This document shows, in pieces, positions 13,289 to 21,796 of a stretch of 32,000 bases of DNA; position 1 is the stretch's first letter; each line of letters opens with the position of its first letter. The position numbers and the translations under genes are program-made. This DNA is from Candidatus Saccharimonadota bacterium (GTDB lineage: Bacteria > Patescibacteriota > Saccharimonadia > Saccharimonadales > UBA4665), in NCBI GenBank assembly GCA_963716945.1, contig OY970322.1:900001-932000 (forward strand), read 5' to 3'. Under the pieces are notes generated by a model. The model was not told the DNA's origin. It saw only the letters and a program-made list of their open reading frames with translations, and did no database searches.

Positions 13289-14227
13289 ATGTCAAGGCCC
13301 CGCGTAGAACTTGCCAACCATGAAGCCGTCTACGGCTTTTACGAAGCTTACCGCCCCAGCATGGCCGGGGCCCGTTTCGGCCATGCCGTCTTAAGCCAGA
13401 TCTATCCGGTTACCTTGGACTTCGCCGAAGGCGCGAGAGGCGATATCAGGAGCCTGGCCGCCGATGGCGCCGGCTTCGCTATCAGCTCCAACCACCTCAG
13501 CGACCGCGACCAGTTCATGCTGGCCTCTTTCCCGACTGAAGATGAAGCCCTGGCTTTCCTAATGGGGCATACCAGGATACCGGCCAAAGAAGCCGTGCAA
13601 AACGCGCCGCTACCGGCTCTGGGCCGGGAAATTGTCCGCCGCGGCGCCGACATGATGGGAGCGGTCCCGGCCTTCCGGGTCAAAGACCGGTTTGACGGCA
13701 TCGAAAGGTCAGACAGGGATCCGGCCGAGGCGAAGCTGCAACAGGCGGCCAGCGAAGGGCTCAAGAGAGTCCTGGTCCAGGGATTACTTGAGGGCGACCA
13801 TATTGTTTCTTTCGACGAAGGCGAACGCAACCGCGTTAATTTGCTTGAGGTCCAGCCGCTTAAGCGGGGCCGCGTCGATATCGTCGAGGCCGTCCGGGCA
13901 GCCGACCCGTCAATCGAGATAGCGACCATGCCGATAGCTATGTATTACCCTCAGTCCATAGTCGACGGCAAACTCAAACTCGATTACCGGCACCCCGTCG
14001 TCCATGTCGGACGGCCGATAACCGAACCGGTCGACACCTTGGAAAAACTGGAAACGGTCTTGCGGCCGGCCCTGCAAGAAAACCTTGACACTGCCGTCGA
14101 GATGGTAAAAGACCGGGACGGCGAAGAGGCCGTGCTGCCGGAAGATGAATTGATTAACGTCCTCAAGGCCATGGCCGACGAGAGACGGCGCCAGAAGCTC
14201 GAACGCGCGGCAGCCAAAGCCGCTTAG
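13289..14227 (+). CDS. Lysophospholipid/glycerol-3-phosphate acyltransferase family (PlsC-like, HX4D) protein
   Basis: 312 aa. Block I SNHLSDRD (HX4D), block III FDEGERNR, block IV IATMPIAMYY. It has a charged C-terminal extension. Confidence 0.6.
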   Translation: MSRPRVELANHEAVYGFYEAYRPSMAGARFGHAVLSQIYPVTLDFAEGARGDIRSLAADGAGFAISSNHLSDRDQFMLASFPTEDEALAFLMGHTRIPAKEAVQNAPLPALGREIVRRGADMMGAVPAFRVKDRFDGIERSDRDPAEAKLQQAASEGLKRVLVQGLLEGDHIVSFDEGERNRVNLLEVQPLKRGRVDIVEAVRAADPSIEIATMPIAMYYPQSIVDGKLKLDYRHPVVHVGRPITEPVDTLEKLETVLRPALQENLDTAVEMVKDRDGEEAVLPEDELINVLKAMADERRRQKLERAAAKAA

Positions 14228-14228
14228 C

Positions 14229-15917
14229 CTACTCGGCCGCCAAATCCCGCCGGTTGAAGATAAAAGCGCCCAGCACGCACAACACCGCCGCTATAGCCGC
14301 TATAATAGCATTAGTGCCCCAAGCGGGATTAGCGGCCGGAGCGAAAACGACCTGGTTAAGGATTGACGTGTCCAGGATCCAGTGGTTGAGGTTGATGCCG
14401 GAGCTGACCATCGATATCAGGAACGACCATGACAGCACGCCATAAGCCAGCAGGCTGGTCAGCCGCGGACGGACGGCAAAAGTAAAAACTCCGACTCCGA
14501 CGGTTATTATTGCCGGCACCAGGGCGTTGGCCGTAGCCGACAGCAAGGTGCCTGTAGATACGCTCAGGTGCTGGCTGGCGGTACCGGCCCAAACCCCTAT
14601 ACCGGTCGCGGCACCGGCCAGAATTATGACCGAAAGCGCCAGGAAGATCCGGCCGGCCAGCCAGCTCAGCCGGCCGAACGGCTCGACCAGGAAATTATCC
14701 AGATAGCCGTCGGCTTCGTCCCGGCGGATGGCCGACATGCTGCTGGCGGCGTAAGCCATAATGAAAATCATTTGCAAGAAGAAAATAATGCCCAGGAAAG
14801 CTGTCACGCTGGCGGTTTGGGCCTGGTGGGCCAAGCGGTTCAGGATATGCTGGGCGCTGGCCGATTCGGCGAAAGCCTTAGCGGCCGATTTGGTCATCAG
14901 GCCGTAAAGCAGGGCGGTCGCAAAAATTCCCGACAACCAGCCAAGGTTGACGGCCCGCGTCAGGCGGATGGTTGCCGGGAGCGGCGAATTCAACATGGCA
15001 GTCCGCGGTTCGGCCGTGTCATTATCGGCTAAAACACCCTCGCCAAGGTCACGCCGACCGGCGAAAAACACCGCCAGGCCGCCCAATATCACGGTCACGG
15101 CAGCTATCGGCAGCAGCCAGACCGGCCGGCTATCGGCCAAGGGCTGGACCTTTTCTATCCAGCCGAACGGGGTGATGTTCAACAGCCAATGGGCGCTGGT
15201 AATATCACCCACCGCGCGCATCAGAAAGCAAATGCCGAAAACCGTCGCTGCCACGCCGCTAGCCCGCGCCCGGGTCGGCAATATTTGGCTGGCCAAGGCC
15301 CCGGCCATCATGAACAGCGCTATTCCGGCAACTACCGTAAACGCAAATAATAAGGATGCGCTGGCCCTAAAACCTAAACCGTGCGCCTGGCCTATCAACA
15401 AGAAAGCGGCAGCTATAACCACGAAAAAAACGCCCAGGCTTAAGCCCAGGCCGGCTATGGCGTTAGCCGTCGCCCGCCGGGCCGAGGTCGGACCGCTCAA
15501 CAGCACCTCCCAGCGCCCCGCATCTTCTTCGCCGCGCAAAGTTTTAGTGGCTAGCAATAGAGCCCAGACAGCCCCGATCATGACCATGGCGCCCAGAGTA
15601 TTCCAGGTTACGACACTGCCGACCGAAGCGCTACGTTTTATCGGTCCGAGCAATATTTCGATACCGATGTTGTTGCTGAAGGTCGCCACTACCTGCTGGC
15701 GGGCCGCTTCGGTGTGATAAGTATCGACGAACCCGATGGCTTTGGAAGCCACAAAACCACCGAACACCAGGGCCCACAAGGCCGCGCCGCGCATAGTACG
15801 GCGGGCGACGAACCGGCTAATAACGGTTTGCGGCGAGCGCGAGCGCTTCATCGGCAAAGCGGCAGCGGCAGTCTTACTCATCGCCGATGGATTGGTTACG
15901 GACTTCTTTGTCGCCAT
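14229..15917 (-). CDS. ABC-2-type exporter permease (large, ~12 TM)
   Basis: 562 aa and hydrophobic throughout. It lies immediately downstream of, and overlaps, the ATPase gene. The start is uncertain: ATG 15917, or ATG 15881 forming ATGAGTAA with the ATPase stop. Confidence 0.75.
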   Translation of the reverse strand: MATKKSVTNPSAMSKTAAAALPMKRSRSPQTVISRFVARRTMRGAALWALVFGGFVASKAIGFVDTYHTEAARQQVVATFSNNIGIEILLGPIKRSASVGSVVTWNTLGAMVMIGAVWALLLATKTLRGEEDAGRWEVLLSGPTSARRATANAIAGLGLSLGVFFVVIAAAFLLIGQAHGLGFRASASLLFAFTVVAGIALFMMAGALASQILPTRARASGVAATVFGICFLMRAVGDITSAHWLLNITPFGWIEKVQPLADSRPVWLLPIAAVTVILGGLAVFFAGRRDLGEGVLADNDTAEPRTAMLNSPLPATIRLTRAVNLGWLSGIFATALLYGLMTKSAAKAFAESASAQHILNRLAHQAQTASVTAFLGIIFFLQMIFIMAYAASSMSAIRRDEADGYLDNFLVEPFGRLSWLAGRIFLALSVIILAGAATGIGVWAGTASQHLSVSTGTLLSATANALVPAIITVGVGVFTFAVRPRLTSLLAYGVLSWSFLISMVSSGINLNHWILDTSILNQVVFAPAANPAWGTNAIIAAIAAVLCVLGAFIFNRRDLAAE

Positions 15918-16785
15918 ACAGGGACAGGAAAAGCTCCTCGAGCGAGGGTTCGCGGCTTAGCAAGGTCTTGGGGTGGGCCGCGGCGATGACGCCCAGCAGC
16001 TGGTCGACCGGACCATGCACCTGGCAGGTCAGCTGGGAACCGGTTACGCTAACGGCACTGACGCCTTTGAGGTGCTCGACTTTGGGAGGCTTGCCGTCGA
16101 ACGTGGCTTCGACCGTCAGGGCCGACAGGTGGCGCATTTCGGCCAGGGTACCGAGTTCGGCCAGCTTGCCTTCACGCAATATGCCCACCCGGTCGCATAA
16201 GGCCTCAACTTCGCCCAGGATGTGCGACGACAGGAAGACGGTTTGGCCATTGTCCTTGGCTTCCAGGACGGATTGGCGGAAAGCCTGTTCCATAATCGGG
16301 TCCAAGCCGCCGGTCGGTTCGTCCATCAGCAGCAGATCGGCCCTGGTCGACAGGGCGGCGATCAGGTTGATCTTTTGGCGGTTACCCTTGGAATAAGTCC
16401 TGACTTTTTTGTCCGGCTCAAACCGAAACCGCTTGACCAGCTCGTCGCGGTAAGCCGTGTCCACCTGTCCGTGCAGCCGGCCCAGCAGGTGCAGCGTTTC
16501 GGCGCCGGTCAGGTTCGGCCAGAACGACGCTTCGCCCGGTACGTAAGCCAGGCGCCGGTGGGCTTTAATCTTGTCCTTTTGGGCGTCGACACCGAATATT
16601 TCAGCCCGGCCGCCCGAAGGCTTGATCAGGCCCAGCAGCAGCCGCAGGGTAGTCGTTTTGCCAGCGCCGTTGGGGCCTAAATAGCCGAGAATCTCGCCTT
16701 TCTTGACTTCCAAATCCAGCGGTGCCAAAGCCGTGAACGAGCCGTAACGTTTGGTTAAGCCTTTTATGCTGATCGCGATGTCCAT
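15874..16785 (-). CDS. ABC transporter ATP-binding protein
   Basis: 303 aa. Walker A GPNGAGKTT, signature YSKGNRQK, Walker B LLLMDEPTGGLD, H-loop SSH. Confidence 0.9.
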   Translation of the reverse strand: MDIAISIKGLTKRYGSFTALAPLDLEVKKGEILGYLGPNGAGKTTTLRLLLGLIKPSGGRAEIFGVDAQKDKIKAHRRLAYVPGEASFWPNLTGAETLHLLGRLHGQVDTAYRDELVKRFRFEPDKKVRTYSKGNRQKINLIAALSTRADLLLMDEPTGGLDPIMEQAFRQSVLEAKDNGQTVFLSSHILGEVEALCDRVGILREGKLAELGTLAEMRHLSALTVEATFDGKPPKVEHLKGVSAVSVTGSQLTCQVHGPVDQLLGVIAAAHPKTLLSREPSLEELFLSLYGDKEVRNQSIGDE

Positions 16786-16881
16786 TCTGGCCCCCGGGTT
16801 CTAAATAATTACACTCTTATAATAGTCACAGAAAGCCCCTCAATATGCAATTGTGATTACGGTTACAGGGTAAGGCGCCGG

Positions 16882-18756
16882 TTATTGCGGTTTTTCGGCG
16901 ACGTAAGTAATGAACCAGGCGTCCTCATCCGGCTTGGCCTCATAGTCGTCATACTGCTTGACGGGTCCGAAACCGCTGTGGGCCAGCAGCTGCCTTATCT
17001 GCCCTTCGGCGAAGGGGTAGACCCTAAAGTAGCCCAGGTGCTGGTCGGCACCATGCTGTTTGGCAAAATACTCCAGGTACATGAAGTCCTTGCCCGGCTC
17101 GCCCATATGGTCGCGGTTAGGCCGGGCCCGCACATTGCCGGTATAGACCACCTCCGGCGGTACGAAATCATTGGGGCTCCACCGTTCCGGGTCGTAGAAC
17201 TTACGATAATTGCGTTCGTCCAGCACCAGTATGCCGCCCGGTGCCAGCAGCTCCTTGAAATTGGTTAATACCCGCTTCATGTCTTCCGTGCTGCCGAAGC
17301 AAGACAAGGAGTTGCCGAGAATCATGATTATGTCGAAGGTACCCCTCAGTCGGGCCAGCTTGGCGTCAAGGTGCCGCCAGTCAAACATCGTGAAGGACAG
17401 GTCCAGGCCTTTGCTCTTGGCATAATCGACGGCTTGGGCCGCCAGCGTCCATTCGATTTCGTTGGATAGGACATCGCAGTCGCGGGCGTGGTTGGTACGC
17501 AGCCAAACGACCTCGGCACCGACGCCCATACAGGCGTCGAAGACTTTGAGCTTTTCGCGCCCCAGTTTTTGCTGCTGGGCCGCTATGAGCTTATCTAGGA
17601 AGGCGGCCTCGCCTTGCCTGAGACGTTTCGGCGGGTCGACGAACCGTGACCAGGCCTGGGCCAGCGGCGGACTTTCGTACAGGGCCTCCAGCGACCATAA
17701 AATATCTTCCTTATCCAGCTCGTCGATATAATCGAAGACCAGTTTGCCGTGCTGCAGTCCGACGCTTTGGGTGTTGTGGACCAGATGCTTGACATACTGG
17801 ATATAGTCACGCCATAGGGCTTCGCCCGGGCAGAGTAGTTGCAGGGTCCGCTCTTCACTCAAGCCCGGCTCTTCGAAAAGCATGGCGCAAGTCCTGACCC
17901 AAATGCCGATCTCGGTAGTCCAGCCCAAACCGGGGACATAATCATTCAAGGCTTGCTTGGCTATCTGGGGGTCGACTTGTAAAAGGCGGATGCCGTTTTC
18001 CTTGTGCTTGCGCAAGTAGGTTTCCCAGACCGGTTTGTTTGCGGCGTAGTCCTTCTTCAGGACTTTTTGCGAAATCGGTAAGATCCGCGTGGCTTGCGGG
18101 GCGTAACATTGGTGCCCCCATTCATTGACCAGTTCGAACCCGGTGGTCGGCCGGAGATGCTCCAGCAGCGAGGGGTAGGCGCTGAAAAAGTCTCGCGGCA
18201 AATGCGAATCCACCCCGACGTAAGTGTCTTGCAAGCCGTAGAAAACCGACATCAGCATGTCGCGGCGGTGGGTGTTGACGTCATTGAGCTTTTCGCCGCC
18301 TAGCAGTTTGGCAAAGTCGGTTTGCAATGTCGCCAGGTGGCTGGACAGCAATTCCTCGGCCAGGTCTAGCCGCCAGAGCGTTTGTAAGCCGGGGCCTTTG
18401 ACGTCTTTTTCGATTGACTTATTAATAGCCGAAAGTACGGCTTCGGCCGCCTCGGCGCTCGGCCGTACCGAAGGTATCGAAGATGCCGGAAAGATCCCGT
18501 TGTAAGCCGGCGCGCCGGCCGCTGCCGGCATCGGAAAGCCGGCCATTTCATAAATATCTTCGGTGCTCAACTCAAGCTGGGCGGCTATCTTGCTCAGCTT
18601 AATCGGGTCCGGTGAAGCGAACTGGCCCTGTTCAAGTCTGGCGATTGTGGAATAATCGACACCGCTGGCGTGGCCCAGCTGGCGCAGACTGAGCTGCTTG
18701 GCCTCGCGCGCCGAACGAATGAAATCACCGAGTTTAGCATTCCCTATCCGTGACAT
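16882..18756 (-). CDS. Fusion protein: N-terminal XRE-family HTH + unrecognised ~260-aa middle domain + C-terminal SAM-dependent methyltransferase resembling glycine/sarcosine N-methyltransferases
   Basis: 624 aa. HTH: LGDFIRSAREAKQLSLRQLGHASGVDYSTIARLEQGQ (aa 8-45). MTase motif I is VFDACMGVGAE (aa 405-415), followed by FDIIMILGNSLSCFG and APGGILVLDERNYRKFYD. These parallel the GNMT blocks VLDVACGTG / FDAVICLGNSFAHL / GGLLVIDHRNYD that I remember. No (D/N/S)PP(Y/F/W) or PCQ DNA-MTase motif is present. Confidence 0.7.
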   Translation of the reverse strand: MSRIGNAKLGDFIRSAREAKQLSLRQLGHASGVDYSTIARLEQGQFASPDPIKLSKIAAQLELSTEDIYEMAGFPMPAAAGAPAYNGIFPASSIPSVRPSAEAAEAVLSAINKSIEKDVKGPGLQTLWRLDLAEELLSSHLATLQTDFAKLLGGEKLNDVNTHRRDMLMSVFYGLQDTYVGVDSHLPRDFFSAYPSLLEHLRPTTGFELVNEWGHQCYAPQATRILPISQKVLKKDYAANKPVWETYLRKHKENGIRLLQVDPQIAKQALNDYVPGLGWTTEIGIWVRTCAMLFEEPGLSEERTLQLLCPGEALWRDYIQYVKHLVHNTQSVGLQHGKLVFDYIDELDKEDILWSLEALYESPPLAQAWSRFVDPPKRLRQGEAAFLDKLIAAQQQKLGREKLKVFDACMGVGAEVVWLRTNHARDCDVLSNEIEWTLAAQAVDYAKSKGLDLSFTMFDWRHLDAKLARLRGTFDIIMILGNSLSCFGSTEDMKRVLTNFKELLAPGGILVLDERNYRKFYDPERWSPNDFVPPEVVYTGNVRARPNRDHMGEPGKDFMYLEYFAKQHGADQHLGYFRVYPFAEGQIRQLLAHSGFGPVKQYDDYEAKPDEDAWFITYVAEKPQ

Positions 18757-18758
18757 AC

Positions 18759-18774
18759 GTTGAATATCCTCAAC
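18759..18774. promoter_or_regulatory. Operator candidate O1 (GTTGA-N6-TCAAC)
   Basis: GTTGAATATCCTCAAC lies between the -10 and the start codon and covers the SD. Confidence 0.5.
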
Positions 18775-18777
18775 AGC

Positions 18778-18806
18778 AATATAGAACTCGTGTTGAAGAT
18801 TGTCAA
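18778..18806 (-). promoter_or_regulatory. Near-consensus sigma-70 promoter of the XRE-methyltransferase gene
   Basis: Minus strand: TTGACA (18806-18801), 17 nt, TATATT (18783-18778). A GAGGA SD lies in the 21-nt leader before ATG 18756. Confidence 0.6.
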
Positions 18807-18808
18807 CA
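18791..18808. promoter_or_regulatory. Operator candidate O2 (TGTTGA-N6-TCAACA)
   Basis: TGTTGAAGATTGTCAACA overlaps the -35 hexamer. Its centre is 33 bp from the centre of O1. Confidence 0.5.
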
Positions 18809-18825
18809 ATAGCTGGCCGTCTCGG

Positions 18826-18921
18826 CTACAACGAGCCCAGCAGGGCCAGCGCTACCGCGCCCAGGGCGACGTAAATCCACGGTTTACGGGATTTGTTTTC
18901 GGGACCGTTTTCTTTGGTCAT
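18826..18921 (-). CDS. Possible 31-aa single-TM peptide (below the track size cut-off)
   Basis: Own translation gives MTKENGPENKSRKPWIYVALGAVALALLGSL then stop. The ATG is 16 nt after the stop of the upstream gene. GC3 is about 70 percent by hand count. No convincing SD. Confidence 0.3.
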   Translation of the reverse strand: MTKENGPENKSRKPWIYVALGAVALALLGSL

Positions 18922-18937
18922 ACCGCCGGCCTATGGC

Positions 18938-19357
18938 CTAGTCTTTGGAGGCAGTAATGTTGACCATCCAGTTGATGTTGTACTTATCGGTCAGGGAGCC
19001 GAAGGTATCACCCCAGAATTCCTTTTTGAGAGCCGATTTGACTTCGCCGCCGGCACTGAGCTTGTCGAATATTTCGCGCAGCCTGGTTTCGTCGTCGCCG
19101 CCCAGTGACAGGTCGATTTTGGCGGCGGCCGAGCTGGCCCTCTCGGTGTCGCTGGCCATCAGCTTGATGTCGCCGCCCTCCAGCCGGGCATGCATCAGCC
19201 AATCCTTTTTGGTACCGTTATCGTCCATGCCCGAATCCGGCACGTCGGCATAAGTCTGCACCGTCAGTTCGCCGCCAAAAATACTCTTATAAAACTCCAT
19301 CGCTTCGCGGCAGTTGCCGTTAAAGTACAAATACACGTCCAAGCTTACGTCACTCAT
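18938..19357 (-). CDS. PhnB-like VOC-fold protein (3-demethylubiquinone methyltransferase-like domain family)
   Basis: 139 aa. YLYFNGNCREAMEFYKSIFGGE...LMHARLEGGDIKLMASD...FWGDTFGSLTDKYNINWMVN is the classic PhnB-like pattern. AAGGAG SD. Confidence 0.75.
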   Translation of the reverse strand: MSDVSLDVYLYFNGNCREAMEFYKSIFGGELTVQTYADVPDSGMDDNGTKKDWLMHARLEGGDIKLMASDTERASSAAAKIDLSLGGDDETRLREIFDKLSAGGEVKSALKKEFWGDTFGSLTDKYNINWMVNITASKD

Positions 19358-19425
19358 GGGATACTCCTTAACTTACTGACTAAATTGTGCCACAAACCGA
19401 CAGCCAATAGTAGGGCGCCTTGTCT

Positions 19426-19668
19426 CTAATCGCCCCCCCCCCTGAAAGCCTTGACCAGGCCGTAAACGGCTATAACGGCCCAGGCGGCGTTCAGCCCGAC
19501 CGACGGGAAAGCCCGGTGAACCGAAGAATTAATAATTATGCCGGCCGCCCCGAAGAGGTTGAGCAGCTGGAACGCTTTAGACTCTGACGCCAGCTGCTTG
19601 GTCGACACCAGAAAATAGGCGGCGAGTATGAACGCCGCTCCCGCCCAACCGATAATCGTGTAAAGCAT
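19426..19668 (-). CDS. Small 2-3 TM membrane protein (CBU_0592-like)
   Basis: 80 aa: MLYTIIGWAGAAFILAAYFLVSTKQL...FQLLNLFGAAGIIINS...NAAWAVIAVYGLVKAFRGGGD. The family assignment is from memory only. Confidence 0.5.
   Translation of the reverse strand: MLYTIIGWAGAAFILAAYFLVSTKQLASESKAFQLLNLFGAAGIIINSSVHRAFPSVGLNAAWAVIAVYGLVKAFRGGGD
19433..19442. repeat. Homopolymeric C10 (G10 on the coding strand) tract
   Basis: Ten consecutive C at 19433-19442 encode the GGG of the C-terminal ...FRGGGD of gene 19426-19668. Confidence 0.9.
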
Positions 19669-19692
19669 TAGGCTTACTTTATCATGTCCGGT

Positions 19693-20730
19693 TCAGGCTG
19701 TCGCCGCGTCCGGCAGTTTGGCGCCGCCGGTATTTACTATGAGGATTTTTTTATCCTTGGGAATACCGGCCTGCAGCTGCAGCAACAGCGCCAAGCCGGC
19801 GATACCCGAAGGCTCGCAATTAATCCCCAGCGCATGGGCGAGCTCCAGGGCCTCATCCAGCTTCGCCTCCTCTATTAAATAGACGTTGGACTGAGGCCCG
19901 CAAAAACCGGCGTAGCGGTATAGGCGCATCCACTGTTCGTCGAAATGCACGAACGGCAGGTGCGGCGCGTAGAGTTTGTCAGCCTTGGAATCGGGATTGT
20001 TGGTCGTGGCCGCCATGAAGTTGCAGCCGCGGAGCTGCTCGACGCTGCCCTGGAAGCGGGGGTCGTGTTTCTGCGAAGAAACTTCCTTTTTGTTGACGTT
20101 TAAGACGTTCTCGAAGAGATGCCCGGTGCCAAACGGGATGAAGCAGTAGTCAGGCGACGAGTTAATGATTTCGTAACCCAGCCAGTCATAGAAGCGGGTG
20201 GTCGGGCCCAGCGCCTCGCTGGAGGTTATGTCGAAACCGTCCGGATTATGCGTTAGCTCCAGGATTTCCTGCCAGTCGAGGGCTTTGCGGCTGAGGTCGG
20301 TCTTATAGATTTCGCAGCCCAGCTGTTCCATCCGCAACAGGTTTTCGTCCGATATATTAACATCGACCAGGACCTTGAGGTTAGGCAGCTTGTATTTGCG
20401 CAGTTGGCACTGGATGGCGGTCGCGGCCGAACCGGAGGAAATTATCGACATCGAGGGCAGCGGGCCCCGGGTCTGCCCGGTTTTCTTGGCCATCAGGAAA
20501 TCCCGGTAGGAAACGACTATTTCCCAAGCCATCCGGTCCTTGTGCGTGCCGGTCGGGTTGCTGCTCTCATCCTTGAGCCAGACGTCAGAAAAGCCGGGGA
20601 CTTCGATCTTATATGTCGCAGTGGCCGGAAATTTGGGATTATCGGAGGGGAACTCCGGCTTGAGCGGGTCGTCTTCGGACGCGATTACAATTGATTGCAA
20701 TATGGATTCTTCGGCCGGCGACAAACTCAT
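19693..20730 (-). CDS. Pyridoxal-phosphate-dependent enzyme, fold type II (threonine synthase / cysteine synthase-like)
   Basis: 345 aa. The PLP-lysine motif region DESSNPTGTHKDRMAWE compares with NPTGSFKDR in threonine synthases. IPFGTGHLFENV is the glycine-rich loop. Substrate not inferable. Confidence 0.7.
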   Translation of the reverse strand: MSLSPAEESILQSIVIASEDDPLKPEFPSDNPKFPATATYKIEVPGFSDVWLKDESSNPTGTHKDRMAWEIVVSYRDFLMAKKTGQTRGPLPSMSIISSGSAATAIQCQLRKYKLPNLKVLVDVNISDENLLRMEQLGCEIYKTDLSRKALDWQEILELTHNPDGFDITSSEALGPTTRFYDWLGYEIINSSPDYCFIPFGTGHLFENVLNVNKKEVSSQKHDPRFQGSVEQLRGCNFMAATTNNPDSKADKLYAPHLPFVHFDEQWMRLYRYAGFCGPQSNVYLIEEAKLDEALELAHALGINCEPSGIAGLALLLQLQAGIPKDKKILIVNTGGAKLPDAATA

Positions 20731-20892
20731 AATCTACTTTGCCCTTTGCATCTTGCTAATAAGTTACCAGCAAAAGGCGTTCAGGTACACCTTTTTGTGG
20801 CTCCGGCGGGCCGGCAATTGGCATTTACCGGCTTTTTAGTATAGAATATTGTGACTTAGCTGGAGTTAATCGAGGAAGCCGCTATCGCTTTG

Positions 20893-21783
20893 ATGCCCCC
20901 TGCCGGTGAAAGACCACGTGAGGTTTCGGACCGGCCTGACATTGATGAGTTCATGCGGACCGTGCAAACGGACGTCAGGCATGATTTGGGCGACAACTTT
21001 CTGCCGGGCGTTCACCGGGCTTTTCGGCAGGAGTACGCTTATGCTTTGCTCGACGAGTCGGCCGGGCGGCTGAGGCCCGCCTTGGTCCGGGGCACGGCCG
21101 AGGCTTTCGATTGTGACGGCCCGGCCGTCAGGCAACTGTCCCGAGCCATAGAACTGGTTCACGGGGCCTCGCTGATAGTGGACGATTCCCCAGTCCACGA
21201 CAACAGCTCTTTGCGGCGCGGGCGGCCGGCTTTCCATGTCGAATTCGGAGCCGACAAAGCCGTTAACACGTCTATCGCGATGTTGGCCAGCGCCTTTTAT
21301 GAGTTTTCGGCAATTGAGGATGCCGGCGGCGAGCTGGTGCAATATGCCTCCAGAAAAATCGGCGACCGGGGCATGTGTCTCGGCCAGGCCATGGACCTTG
21401 CCGGTTTCGGTGAGGACGGGGAACCGGTAACGCTGGCGAAACTCGACGACACGGCCGTCAAGAAGACCGGTTCGGCATTCGAGATAGCCGTCGTCGGCGT
21501 AGCGATTATGCGGCGGGCGCAACCCGGCATTATGAGCGCGCTGGAAGATTATTCGCGCTTACTGGGCATCGCTTTCCAGGTCAAGGATGACCTGCTCGAC
21601 GAAGGCGACGGCCGCGGCAAGAACAGTTACCTGGAACACCTGGGCGAACAAGGTGCCAGGCAGCATTTCGACGGCTGCTCGGCCATGGCTGGCGAAGCGC
21701 TTGACGGTTTGCCGGACGGCCTGGACACCGCCAGGCTAAGGGAAATCATTGCCTATGTCGGCCGGCAACTGGCCGGGCATTAA
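20893..21783 (+). CDS. Polyprenyl (farnesyl/geranylgeranyl) diphosphate synthase family
   Basis: The track starts at TTG 20890 and ATG 20893 follows directly. First Asp-rich motif: LIVDDSPVHDNSSLRRGRP. Second: FQVKDDLLD. Confidence 0.8.
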   Translation: MPPAGERPREVSDRPDIDEFMRTVQTDVRHDLGDNFLPGVHRAFRQEYAYALLDESAGRLRPALVRGTAEAFDCDGPAVRQLSRAIELVHGASLIVDDSPVHDNSSLRRGRPAFHVEFGADKAVNTSIAMLASAFYEFSAIEDAGGELVQYASRKIGDRGMCLGQAMDLAGFGEDGEPVTLAKLDDTAVKKTGSAFEIAVVGVAIMRRAQPGIMSALEDYSRLLGIAFQVKDDLLDEGDGRGKNSYLEHLGEQGARQHFDGCSAMAGEALDGLPDGLDTARLREIIAYVGRQLAGH

Positions 21784-21796
21784 ACTGAGCGGATAG

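Noticed and set aside
14947-15717. 256-aa plus-strand ORF (and 14568-15032)
   Set aside because: It is antisense to the ABC-2 permease. It is Ala/Arg/Pro-rich with no motif.
20866-21522. 218-aa minus-strand ORF
   Set aside because: It is antisense to the polyprenyl synthase gene, whose two Asp-rich motifs validate the plus frame.
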